Source: Eledone cirrhosa (taxonomy: Eukaryota). Taken from it: a stretch of DNA of 64,000 nucleotides. Below, one piece after another: positions 51,048-63,845 of the stretch. The DNA is taken from positions 152,520,001 through 152,584,000 of the forward strand of contig OZ024743.1 in the NCBI GenBank assembly GCA_964016885.1, given 5' to 3'. The translations under genes and the position numbers were made by a program. The stretch's first letter is position 1; each line of letters starts with the position of its first letter. A model generated the notes under the pieces. It had not been told where the DNA came from, ran no database searches, and saw only the letters and a list, made by a program, of their open reading frames with translations.

Positions 51048-53700
51048 TATCTTTATTGGCCACAAGGGCTGACATCAAGAAAAACATTACAGACGGCACA
51101 GGACGGTACAAGACGGTACGATGTGGGTTTTGTGCGCGTAAATATTTTTATTATTTATATAAGAAAAGAAAAAAAGGACATAGAAACGTATATATATATA
51201 AACAATAAAAATGAAAATTGAAACAATGAAAAATTCCTCAATAGGGGGGAAAACTTCGAGGGTTACTCGTGGCGAAAACCACACAAAAGACCACGGCCAC
51301 CCTGACCACCAGGGCAAGCGCCCTCTCTCAATTTTTCCATTTCTCAAACTACAGACGTATATTCAGAGAGGTCCCGTTCACTCGGACCATTCTCGCTACA
51401 TTCACCCACCTTTCAACAAACTTACTAGAAGGCAGCACTTGCCTCTCCACCCTGATTTTCCTCTTCAAGTGAAACTTGAAAAAGTTAGTTAGGGATTCGC
51501 CGAAGAGGAAAGTGTCTGTCTTTAACCCTTTCAACCTTGTCCACCACGCAATCTCTTTCGCCATGGCCACCTGCAGATGAAAAGAGCCTGCCCTTCCTCC
51601 TTGAAGGAAGAGGGCGAGACCATCTGCACAATGGACTCAGTCGATAACTAGATCAGTCCTACATACGACAGCAACTGTTCGACATAGCTCCACAAGTCAG
51701 CAATGCTCGTGCACTGAACGAGTGCGTGAACGACAGTTTCGTTGCTCTGCGCGCATCTCGGATAGGCTCGGCTGATGGCACTTCCATGCCTGTTCACCGT
51801 CAAGGAAGCACCAGAGATTGCTGCAGCCTCAGCGCATGTTTGCGCATCATCAGCCATGGCATGCCCAGTCCCCCACGCAACGGGTGTTGACAGCAGATGG
51901 ATCGTCTGACCATGGGAGCGTGTCCCTTCCACAAAAAGTGGAAGAGGAGGCACTCCATTTTGGTGAGAGTTGGGCCGGAGCAAGGGACGATGGTGAGGCG
52001 GTAGCAGATGACGGATGTGATGTACGCATTCGCCACCTCCGCCCGGCCTTTCAGGGACAGCTTCCTCTCGGCCCATTTCTGGGTGAGGGAGGCCACCTTG
52101 CTCGTCACCTCGTTCCAGTTTTTCTCAATCACACCCCGAGCAATTTAACCAGTCCATCCTTCCAACGCCCCACGACGCTGTAGGACGGCATGGACTTGTC
52201 TCTCCAGGTGCCGAGCTGCAAGCCCACCGACTTTTCCTGGTTTATCTTTGTTCCTGTCACCGCTTCGTATTCTTTGAGAGCGGTGCCGAGCATCTGGACA
52301 TGTCTGGTGCTCGACACCACTACGGTGACGTCGTCGGCGCAAGCTGACTCGGATTTCCCGCATCCTAGTTCGTGTGGGACGCCCCTCATCGCCCCCAGTT
52401 TGTGCAGTAACGGCCCGAGAGCCAATGCGTACAAGAGGGACGAGAGGGGACAACCCTGGGGGACTGAGCGCATGATGCTGAACGACTGCTACAGGTGACC
52501 GTTCACTCTCACAACTGAGCAGATGTCGCTGTATATCACTGCGATCCAACCCCTGAAAATGGGCCCGAAACTGGCTGCCTCGAGGACCACCACCAGGTAC
52601 CGATGGTCGACCCTATCGAATGCTTTGGATTGATCCAAGTTGATCAGGGCCCCACCCGTGCCAGGTTCCTTAACCACACTCTTTATGATGTATCGCATGA
52701 GGTGGAGGTTGTCGTGTATGAATCTGTCCGGGATGGCGCATGTCTGCGTCTCTCCCACCAGATCCTTGATGACAAGCGCCAACCTCGTTGCTAACACCTT
52801 GGTCAAAATCTTGAACTCTGGGCCTTTTCTCAGCAGCGCCACTGCTCCCCGGCTCACAAAACTGGGAATGCTCCCGTTCCGCTGCCAGTTACAGTAGACG
52901 TCTGCCAAGAGGTCACCGAACAAGTCTGGCATAAATGCATAAAGCTCGTAGGACCGACCATCCAAACCTGGCGATTTACCCCTCGTGCAGTTAGCTATCA
53001 CTTGCCGTATTTCACCGGCTGTTATTGGCTTTTCGTAACACTGTGCTGCGGTCGTCGAGAGCCGAGGCAGTCCGTCGAGGTATGCACTGAAGTCCATGCC
53101 CCGATCCAGGCCGCCACTGCTCCCGAACAGTTTAGCAAAGTGCTGCTGAAAAGCTTCACACATCCGCTCGGGTTCGAGCATTACGCACCCGTTTTGGTCA
53201 GACAAAGACCGAATTGAGGCTTTGCTGCCACGTCGCGCCTCTGCCACCCGGGCCCATTGGAAGGCTTTTGTCCCCTCGTGTTTCAGAGCACGCGCTCTCG
53301 CTCTGACAACGCAGCCTTCGTGTTTTGCGTTGAAGAATTGGTCGAGTGCCAATCTCTCCGCAAGCACGTCGGTTGCGATGCCTGTCTTAAACGCCTCTTC
53401 TAGCTTCCTGATTAGCTCTCCCTCTACTCTATTTTCCTCTATCACTAGTCCTTTGCTAAACCTTATCGACTCTACTTTAATTGCCCTTTTCAGTGCGAAC
53501 CACCACCTGTTGTTGACGACCGCTTCCGTCAACGCCTGCTTAACTAATACGCTAATCCGGTCTCTGTAGGCTTTGCGCGCCAGGAAAGACGTGTTCAGCT
53601 TCCAGTAACCGGGCCCTTGATTATGAAGTCTGTCTATGTCGATCTCACAGATCACCTATTTGTGGTCTGTGTAGTCGACTATATTGTGGACAACTTATAC
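51046..53700 (-). mobile_element. L1/Tx1-like LINE copy A (5'-truncated, internal deletions)
   Basis: GYWKLN, KSPGLDG, NLDQSKAFDRVDH, QGCPLS, ACADDV, LSLKGRAEVAN, GGLG and zf-RVT; tail adjoins (TAA)n 51015-51045. Confidence 0.92.
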
Positions 53701-53739
53701 TAGCCTTATCTAGTTCTCTGCAGAATATCCTATCATAAT

Positions 53740-56700
53740 ACTTTCTTTATTAACCACAAGGGTTGACACAAAGTATAACACTAAGGGCAACACAGGACAA
53801 TACAAATGGGCATTTCTGCGTGTAAAAAAAAAACAAAAACAGAGTGTGAGAAAAGGAAACAATGAAAAATTCCCAATAGGGGGAGACCTCCGAGGGTCGT
53901 CCGTGGAGAAAGCCCACAAGAAAAGCCGCGGTTACCCTAACCGCTTGGGCAAATGCCCTCTTCCAGTTTTCCTCCTACAATGCTACAGGCACACACTCAG
54001 GGTAGACCCATTCACACGGGCCATTCTTGCCTCTCTCACCCACCTTTCAACAAACTGGCTGGAGGTCAGCACTTCCCTCTCCACCCTGATTTTCTTCTTC
54101 AGGTGAAGCCTGAAAAAGTTAATGAGGGCGTCACCGAAGTTGAAAGTACCGGTCCTCAACCCTTTCAGACGTGTCCACCATAAAATCTCTTTTACCATGG
54201 CCACCAGGCAGATAAAAACTGCCTGCCCTTCTCGGATAAAGGAAGGAGACGGGGAAATCTTCATGATGGACTCAGCTGATAGCCGAATCCGTTCTACACG
54301 TGACAGCAGGTGTTCAGCATAAATCCACAAATCAGCAATGCTCGGACACTGGACGAGTGCATGCAGGACGGTTTCATCGCCCTGTGCACATCTCAGAAGG
54401 CTCGGCTGACAGCACTTCCATGCCTGTAGAGTTTATCCCGAACTGGCAAGGCTCCTCGGTAGCACTGCCAGGCCAGGGATTTCTGGAAGTTGTCCATGGG
54501 TCCCGGCCCGAAAGTTCTCCCGAAGAGATTGGTTAGTTGGTTTCCGTCGACACCTAGAGTCTCCCCAAGACCGTCGTTGCTCTTTCCTTCCACTAATCCT
54601 CTATAGAAAGCCAAGGTGGAATATCCAGCGATTGTATTGCTCGACTGGTCGAGGGCTGTAAGCACCTGAAGACATTCTAGTCTCCAAGCGTACTTCCTCT
54701 CGGTCTTCGCTTGACACAGGACTGCCAAGAAGACAAGCTGGGGAAACATGTGTCTAGCAAAGGGCGACCACGCCTGATCACCGTTGAGGAAGAGGTGGAG
54801 ATGCCGTAGCCTGAGCGCATGTCTGCACATCATCAGCCACGGCATACCCAGCCATCCGCGTAGTGGGTGTTGACAGTAGATGGACCACCTGACCATCGGA
54901 GCACGTCCCTTCCACAAAAAGCGAAAGAGCAAACGCTCAAGTGCAGTCAGACGAGGCTTAGCACAAGGCACGACGGTCAGGTGGTAGTAGATGACAGACG
55001 CGATGTACGCATTCGCCACCTCCGCTCAACCTTTCAGGGATAGCTTCCTCTCGGCCCATTTCTGGGTGAGAGAAAACACCTTGCTCGTGACCCCCTCCCA
55101 GTCTTTGTCCGTCTGGAGGTCCGGACCGAACCAGACCCCTAGCAATTTAACCGGTCCGTCTGTCCAGTGCCCGGCGACGCTGTTGGGCGGCATGGACCTG
55201 CCTCTCCAGGTGCCGAGTTGCAGGCCTGCTGATTTTTTCCTGGTTGATCATTGCTCCTGTCACTACCTCGTATTCTCTTAATGTGGTGCCGATTGCCTCG
55301 ATGTGTTTGGTGTTTGACACCACTACGGTGATGTCGTCTGATAAGCTGACACTATTCTTCCGCATCCTAGTTCACGTGGGATCCCCCTCAACGTCTCCAG
55401 TTTGTGCAGTAATGGCTCAAGAGTCAATACGTACAACAAGAATGAGAGAAGACATCCATGGCGGACCGAGCGCATGATGTTGAACGGTTCCGAAAGGTGA
55501 CCGTACACTCTCACCACAGAGCAGATGTCGCTGTAAATGACAGCAATCCAGCCTCTGAAGACAGGCCCAAAGCCAGCTGCTCTTAGGACTGCTGCCAGAT
55601 AACGATGGTCAACCTTATCGAAAGCTTTTGACTAATCTAAATTGATCAAAGACCCACCCATGCCAGGTTTCCTAGCTACCGATGTATCGCATGAGGTGGA
55701 GGTTATCGTGGATGGATCTGTCTGGAACGGGACATATTTGCGCCTCTCCCACCAGACGACCAATGACTAGCGTCAACCTCTTTGCTAGCACCTTAGTCAA
55801 AATCTTGAAGTCTGTGTTTAGCAGAGTTATGGGCCTGAAATTATGTTATCCCCCTTGCTCAGATCCTTTCTTAGCAGTGCCACCGCTCCTTGGCTCACAG
55901 AGCTGGGAATTCTCCCGTTCTGCCGTCAGCTGTAGTAGACGTCTGCCAAGAGGTCTTCGAACAAGTCTGGCATATGTATGTAAAATACGCAGGGCAGACC
56001 ATCCAAACCAGGCGATTTACCCATTGTGCAGCTAGTCATTGCCTCCCGTACTTGAGCAGCTGTTATCGGCCTTTTGCAACACTCCACCTCAATGGCCGAG
56101 AGCTGCGGCAGTCTGTCGAGGTAGGCACTGAAGTCCATTCCGCGATGCGGCTCGCCATTGCCCCCGAACAGCTGAGCAAAGTGCTGCTGAAAAGCCGCAC
56201 ACATCTGCCCGGGATCGAGTATCATGTGCCCATCGTGGTTCGCCAAAGACCGGATTGTGGCTCTGTTGCCACGACACGCCTCTGCCACTTGGGCCCATTG
56301 AACGGCTTTTGTCCCCTCGTGTCTCAGAGCCCGCACCCTCGCTCTGACAATGCAGGCTTTGTGCTTAGCATTGAAAAATTGGTCGAGAGCCAATATCGCC
56401 GCAAGCACGTTGGTCGCGATGCCTTTACTAAGCGCCTCGTCTAATTTCTTAACAAGATTTCCTTCTGCTATATTTTTCTCTGTTACTAGCGCTTTACTAA
56501 ACCTAATGGATTCTATTCAAATCGCTCTTTTCAGTGCAAACCACCATTTGTTGTTGACAATGCCCCCTGTCAACGCACGCTTAACTAATTCGCTTATCTG
56601 GTCTCTGTAAGCCATGCACGCTGTTAACGACGCGTTTAGTTTCCAGTAGCCGAGTCCCTGTCTATGAAGCCTATCTAAGTCAACCACACAGATCACAAAT

Positions 56701-57775
56701 TTGTGGTCCGTGTAGCTGACTATCTTGAATTGTGGACAGCCGATGCTAGACCTAACTATTTCCCTACAAAATACTCTACCTAGATATGATCTGGATGACC
56801 CGATGCGGTTTGTCCATTTCCACATTGGCACATTCGGGAAATCCAATCGGTATTTGTCCGACAGTTGAAAACGCCTGAGTAGGTTTGTGAGGCTTTTACA
56901 CCCTCCTTCCCTATCCGCTAATCCCACACAATCCCAGCGTGCATCTAAGATCCCGTTCCATTCGCCCACTAACACTAGAGAGCGGGACGTTCCAAGAAAG
57001 TTCTCCAGACGCTGGAAGAATTCAGGCCGTCCTGCTCCTGTTGGGGCATAGGTGGCCACTAGCCCGAACGCTTGTCATTCTCCCCTGGTCACGTCCAGTA
57101 CCACCAACTTACTCTCTGGGTCCAACTTCTCCAGAAAAACACGCCCCCGCCCCCCGATCCAGGATGGCTTGGTGATGTGTACACCTCGTAGCCGCCGAAA
57201 ATGGGTGCAAATGCCCGTGCCTCGGAGAATCTGGTCGCGCTGATGGCCATCACATCTATGTTTAGCGACCTGAGATCGTTCAGCAGGTGGCCCTGCTTCC
57301 AAGACGACCCCACGCCACGTGCATTTATGCTATCTATTCTGAGAGAAGCCATGTTGGCTAGGATAGGAAGAAAACAAGTGAAAGGGGAGAGGTACAAAAA
57401 TTACCTGTGGCTCTTTTTTAGGAAGGGGGTGGGTGATCCATCCCTCTGACCATTGGTGGGTTTCTCCACGAGAATATCAGTGAATATTCTTTTGCTGATG
57501 TTCCCTCGGTAGTCTCCAATTGATGTGGGAAACATTTTTCTAAATGTTATGTAATTTTTTTGTGTAGGGGTGGGGGGCAATTTTGGTGGTTTGTATGTAG
57601 TTTGTTTCTGTGATGTTGGTGTGGTGTTGAATGTATTTTAAAAGTTTTGTGTTTGGGGGGGTGGGGGGGTGGGGGTGTGATTGCAAATAAATGCAAATTT
57701 AGCCCTCAAGGGCGCGAGATACAGTTAAAAAACACCTCCTTTGACAGAGGGGCTCTTTAACTACACACCCATGCA
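53740..57775 (-). mobile_element. L1/Tx1-like LINE copy B; ORF2 57352-53983 (APE endonuclease + RT + zf) frameshifted
   Basis: MASLRIDSINARG (APE start), TYAP, VGEWN, YTDHK, GYWKLN, KSPGLDGLP and KAFDKVDH; 5' boundary approximate. Confidence 0.92.
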
Positions 57776-57855
57776 AAAAAAAATAGTATATAGAACTTTC
57801 GATAACTCATAAACATTCGATTAACTTATTCCGCCGTAGTTACCGCCGTCTCATA

Positions 57856-58584
57856 ATAATTGTTTCTACTTTTGGCACAAGGCCTGCAATCCACCAGTGT
57901 ATTACTGGTACTTTATTTTATAGACCCCATAAGGATGAAAAGCAAAGTTAACCTCGTCTCATAATAATAACAACAAATAATAATAGTAATAATAATAATA
58001 ATAATAATTGTTTCTACGTTAGGCACAAAGCCAGCAATTAACCAGTGTATTACTGGTACTTTATTTTATCGACCCCGTAAGGATGAAAAGCAAAGTTAAC
58101 CTCGGCGGGATTATAATAATAATAATAATAATAATAATAATTGTTTCTACGTTAGGCACAAAGCCAGCAATTACCCAGTGCATTACTGGTACTTTATTTT
58201 ATCGACCCCGTAAGGATGAAAAGCAAAGTTAACCTCGGCGGGATTATAATAATAATAATAATAATAATAATTGTTTCTACGTTAGGCACAAAGCCAGCAA
58301 TTAACCAGTGTATTACTGGTACTTTATTTTATCGACCCCGTAAGGATGAAAAGCAAAGTTAACCTCGGCGGGATTATAATAATAATAATAATAATAATAA
58401 TTGTTTCTACGTTAGGCACAAAGCCAGCAATTAACCAGTGCATTACTGGTACTTTATTTTATCGACCCCGTAAGGATGAAAGGCAAAGTCAACCTCGGCG
58501 GGATTTGAACTCAGATCGTAAAGGGACGTAACTATGCTGGAAAGCATGGCATCCGACCCTCTAGCGATACTGCCAATCCACCCT
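57856..58584 (-). repeat. Tandem array of SINE 3' halves (4 truncated + 1 full) separated by (TAA)n
   Basis: Units at about 57856, 58004, 58139, 58269 and 58399; three end identically at AACCTCGGCGGGATT. Confidence 0.92.
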
Positions 58585-59389
58585 CTCAGGAAATGAATAC
58601 CTTGGCATATGGCTCAAATATTCGATTTTGTATTAGAAATTTTATAATTAAAAAAGAAAATGGTTATAAATGGAAGAAAACGCCCTCTGTCTACATTAAA
58701 TAGATCGGCTAAGTAACGACAATTTCACCACCACAACCTAGATACACCACCTAACCCCCCTTCCTCTGTGTACACTATATACAGCGGCCAGATAACGGCA
58801 ATTTCACCACCACCACCACCACCAATCATAGCATAATAATAATTATTATTATTGTATCTCAAGTTTTCTTAAAATGTCTAATTCAAATGTTAAGGAATTA
58901 TGTCAACATGTATATTAAACATAGGCGACAAACCGCATAGATATACAGATCAAACAAACGAAATACTAATTATAGCCTATTCAACAGAATACAGTGGCTA
59001 CAATGCCATCACTATAGTACCACTATTCCATCACCGCCGCCACCATTCCATCATTGCTACCACCACTATTCCCCCACTACCTTCTGTTAACATAAGAAAG
59101 GGGAAGGTGGTGGTACCACTAGACAAGGGAGAGGCTAATAAAAGATATAAATATAAATACACTGACATAGTGACTCGGTCAAAAGTTAACGACTATGGCA
59201 TTGAAGGTCCCCACCAACAATAGAAAAAACCCAGCAACACTGGCATAGCCAACAACAACAACAGAGGCAACTTCAACAAAAAGTATATTACATTATTAAT
59301 AATAATTTCTTTCTCAGCCACGAAGGGTTCACATTAAGGAACCCTCATGATAATAACAATTTAAAAAACCAACAAAAAAACCCCTGTGT

Positions 59390-60385
59390 CCAAGAAATAC
59401 CGGGATGGTGGCCGACGGGGAATAGCCGTGTCTCTAGGGGAGGACGACCCCTCTAGTCTTGGTTGACACTCGTCCTAGCAGTGGTAACACAAAATGATTA
59501 CCCCTTGGCGGTTAAGGATAAAACGCAACAAAATAAAGCCAATGTCAAATGATAAAATCGGCCGTCACCTGGGTCAAAAAGGGCCACGTCCCTCAGAAAG
59601 GAACCAGACTGGGGTCGAAAAATCAGCTAATGGTTCAAACCTTTCCATCAATTTGGAGCTGGAGACCTCCCATAACCGGAATACTCCTAGTGTTGGCCCT
59701 CCATGCTCACCACCCATAAACCCAAAGAAAAAGAGAGAAAAATGATCAAGGGAAAACAATAAAGAAGTCCTTGAAGCTTTCTACACTGCCATGTACTACC
59801 CATCAAATAGATCGAATACAGAACAGACGTATATCAACTGGAAAAAGAAACATCCCTAAAACAGAGACTATATTGACAGTAACCAACTAGCTAATATACG
59901 AAGAAATATTGTTAAGAACATTTTACTAACTGATATAGAAATTGATCAGATCAAGCAATTAGCGCAAAGTCAGCGAAGGGAAAATGAAACATGTGTCAGT
60001 GAAACCGAGGTAAATTGTAACACTTCGAATCCCAGGGTTGGGGCGGAATCACTGACAGTAGAACAAATTAAAGAAAGCATCGAGAAAGTGGAAGGAATGC
60101 ATGCTCAAGATGAAACTCAAAATGAAAACAATGAGATTGTAGTGACCTACATTCCGCGGGCTCACATACATTCTCTGTGCGTGATTTGGCTCGGCTTAGC
60201 AAATCAGCGCCAGTAGAAGAGGATGTATTCCTACGCGTCCTGAGGGAGAAATTCCCCGCAAAGATTTGAAGAATCTTCCTCTCGCACCAGGAACTTCGAA
60301 CCAGCAACACGTACAATGTGACGGTGAGATTTTGCACCTTAGCCTGCCGGCTTTCCGGCGCAATGGCACATTCCCTTTTGTAACA
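59390..60385 (+). mobile_element. Probable 5' UTR and N-terminal coding remnant of an R4/Dong-like element
   Basis: K*SRENNKEVLEAFYTA..YINWKK..NQLANIRRNIVKN.LLT..EIDQIK resembles R4/Dong N-termini; boundaries approximate. Confidence 0.55.
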
Positions 60386-60444
60386 TTATTATTATGTGTA
60401 ACTTCAACCATGCAAGTTAACCAACATTATTTGTGCTACAACAA

Positions 60445-60545
60445 GGTTAACTTTGACTTTCATCCTTACGGGGTCGATAAAATAAAGTACCAGTAATGTA
60501 CTGGGTAATTGCTGGCCTTGTGCCTAAAGTAGAAACAATTATTTG
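60445..60545 (+). mobile_element. 5'-truncated SINE with TSD
   Basis: TSD ATTATTTGTGCTACAACAA on both sides. Confidence 0.88.
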
Positions 60546-61402
60546 TGCTACAACAAAAATAAACATACATTTCATCTCTAATTTCTGCTGTTGTCATCAT
60601 TATTATGTTACTCGTGTCTCAATGACATATATACACCATGCTGTTAAACTGGTGACCGACGTAAGAATTTTACGCAGCCTTTTTATTCAATGCAACTTAC
60701 GAAAATACAAAATATCCCTTTTAAAATTGTAAAAAAATTAGCAGTATTTCAAAAACTTTTCGCCACGAGGAAATTTCAAAATGGCTACCGACAAGTCCTG
60801 TCTACAATCAACAACGACAACGGCAGCAGCAGCAGCGACAACATTGTTTAACCACTAACCAACAACAGGGAATAGTGAAATGGCAGCTTCATAGCCTTAC
60901 CGACGCAACCACCACACATCATATTGTTGACTTCCACGCTTTCACCTCTTCTATTGTCTCTACCGTTAAAAAAAAAAAAAAAGAAAAAAAACCACACCAG
61001 GGAACGGCTTGTAACTTTACCGACGCAACCACCATACCTTCTGTCTCGTTACCACAAGGACTCGAGAAATTAAGACATTAGTTTTCTCACCATTATGGCG
61101 TCAGACGTGGCTGCCATATTGGTGACGCTGGGTTCTTCAACGCTCGACTTCGACTCTACAGAAGATTCATTGACTTTGCTTTAACAACAAGCAGCACAAC
61201 CTTTTGTCACACAAGGTGGCAGGACGGTAAAATGGCCACGAAAACTCTCAAAAAGAATATACATCTAACCCCTAGTGGCATTAACAAACTTCTTTTTCAG
61301 TTTTCAGATAGAACTAGTGTCAGAAAGTCTGTACACTGGTGATGTGTGAACTATTTGACTTTGAAAAACTTTGAACTTATCATTGATCATTAATTTCTCT
61401 GA

Positions 61403-61588
61403 TGGTGGCTTGGCAGTATCGGTAGAGGGTCGGACGCCATGCTTTCCAGCATAGTTACGTCCCTTTGCGGTCTGAGTTCAAATCCCACCGAGGTTAACTT
61501 TGCCTTTCATCCTTACGGGGTCGATAAAATAAAGTACCAGTAATGCACTGGGTAATTGATGGCCTTGTGCCAAAAGTAGAAACAATTA
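61403..61588 (+). mobile_element. tRNA-derived SINE with TSD
   Basis: TSD TTAATTTCTCTGA on both sides. Confidence 0.9.
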
Positions 61589-61598
61589 ATTTCTCTGA

Positions 61599-63603
61599 AA
61601 ATCCAGCAAATGGAAATTCCCAGGGAAAGACAAAATACAAATCTTTTGATAAATGCTTTCACAGAGACTCATGAGCTGTTAGCACAACTTTACAATGAAA
61701 TGGTTAAGGAGCCAGAAAAGATACCATCATGGCTACCAACAGATACCAACAGCATTACATTCCTACTTCCGAAGAATGATGAGACAAACAATCCCACAAA
61801 TTACAGACCGATAACTTGCTTGACCACAATGTATAGCATTTTAACATCAGTCCTAACTGAATATACATATGATTACCTGATAACAAATGATCTATTTCCC
61901 AATGAGCAGAAAGGGTGTAAATGAGGCATTTGGTTAACAAAATGATACTGGAAGATTGTCACAATAGCCACAAAAATCTATCAATTGCTTAAATGGATTA
62001 CAGAAAAGCATTCGATAGTTTGCCACACAGTTGGATTGAAAAGTGTTTAGAGATTTTCAAAATATCTCCCGTTATCAGGAGGTTCCTGTCATTCAGTATG
62101 AAGACATGGAAAACGACACTCCTTTTGAATAGTGAAAAAAAAATCACTGGAAGCTGGAGAAGTTAATATTAATTGTGGAATTTTTCAGGGTGAATCTTTA
62201 TTACTGCTTTTATTCTGCATCGTACTTATACCATTAAGTAAAATGCTCAATGAAACAAAACATGGATATAAAGTCTATGACAAAACCATTAATCACTTGT
62301 TCTACATGGATGACCTGAAACTATTTGCAAAAAGTGATGAGCAATTACAAGGGCTATTATCAACTGTGAAGCAGTTCAGTGATGATATTAAAATGGAGTT
62401 TGGACTAGATAAATGCTCCAAAGCCACGTTCAGGAAAGAAGGAGGACGTGGGTTAATACAGTTAGATATTGCGTTGAAAACAGCAACAATTGGATTATCT
62501 ACATATCTAAGGGAATCACATGATTGGATGATCAAACTCGTTTTGAAACATGAAAGCATCAAAAGATCATACTCCATTACAAAGATGCACAAAGATACAG
62601 TAATGAACTACAAATTTCAGAAGTTCCATTTACTGCTGAAATGAAAAACAGAAAAAGCAAAGCAGGTAAAAGTAACTGCAAAGAAAGAACTGCTACAGAA
62701 ATTTGCTAAGAAATGGCAAGTATGGAAAATATCCAGAAAGAGCTAACAATCCTGATGTTGACAAAACTTTAACCTATCAGTGGATGGCATCTTCTCGACT
62801 GAAATCGGAGACTGAAAGACTAATTATATCAGCATAAGATCAGTGTCTGCCAACAAAAAATTACCAAGCCAACATAATAAAAAATGGATGCAACCCATTA
62901 TGCCGTGTATGTAAAAAACAACCAAAGTCCATTGATAATATAATTTCAATGTGCAGTCCTATAGCTCCAACCGAATACCTAAACAGGCACGACAGAGCTG
63001 CACAATACATACATTGGATAATGTGTAAGCATTTTGACCTGTCCCATCAAAAGAATTGGTGGGAGTATCAACCAACTCCCGTACTTGAAAAAGATCACAT
63101 CTCAATCTTGTGGAAATTTAACATCCAAACAGACCGAAAAATAGACCTGATATTATACTGAAGGACTTTAAAAAGCGGGTATGCCTGGTAATTGATATGT
63201 CCGTTCCAATAGACAAGAACGTATCTATAAAAACATTTGAAAAATTGAGCAAGTATAAAGCCATGGAGATAGAAATTGGAAAAAATGGAAGTTGAGAACT
63301 AAAACAATACCAGTGGTTGTAGGCGCTCTAGGAATGATACCTAAGGGGTCTAATGATTACTTATCGCAAATCCCAGGAAACCCGCGTATAGGAGAAATAC
63401 AAAAGATAGTACTAATGGGAACTGCCCATATACTAAGGAAGATTCTGTCAATATAAGTACATCACAAGTCTAAATACCTAAAGATGCATGTGTGTGTATG
63501 TGTGTTCTTTCTTGAACATGGCGGACCTTGTTGTCTCTTGAGGTCACTGGTTGTGACTTGGTGATAACTCGTATGAATATTAAGCAAGATAAATGCAACT
63601 ATA
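61599..63603 (+). mobile_element. R4/Dong-like RLE retrotransposon (RT to 3' end), disrupted
   Basis: NYRPITCL, FPNEQKGCK, DYRKAFDSLPHSWI, GIFQG, NHLFYMDDLKLFAK, GGRGL, RHDRAAQYIHW, RPDIIL and IQKIVLMGTAHILRKILSI*; ends in TAATAA. Confidence 0.9.
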
Positions 63604-63772
63604 ATAATTGTTTCTACTTTTGGCACAAGGCCATCAAATACCCAGTACATTACGTAAGGATGAAAGGCAAAGTTAACCTCGGCGGGATTTGAACTCAGAA
63701 TAGCAAGGGCTGTAACTCTGTGCGTCAAAGCATAGCGTCTGACCCGCTACCAATACTTCCAATCCACCGCCC
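63604..63772 (-). mobile_element. tRNA-derived SINE (internal deletion)
   Basis: Family match; followed by (TAA)n. Confidence 0.85.
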
Positions 63773-63775
63773 TTT

Positions 63776-63810
<35 letters not shown>

Positions 63811-63845
63811 GTATTGTTTCTACTTTGGCAAAGGCCAACAATGCT

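Noticed and set aside
57856-58584. CRISPR-like repeat/spacer array
   Set aside because: The repeats are about 110-bp SINE halves, the spacers are (TAA)n, the context is eukaryotic and there are no cas genes.
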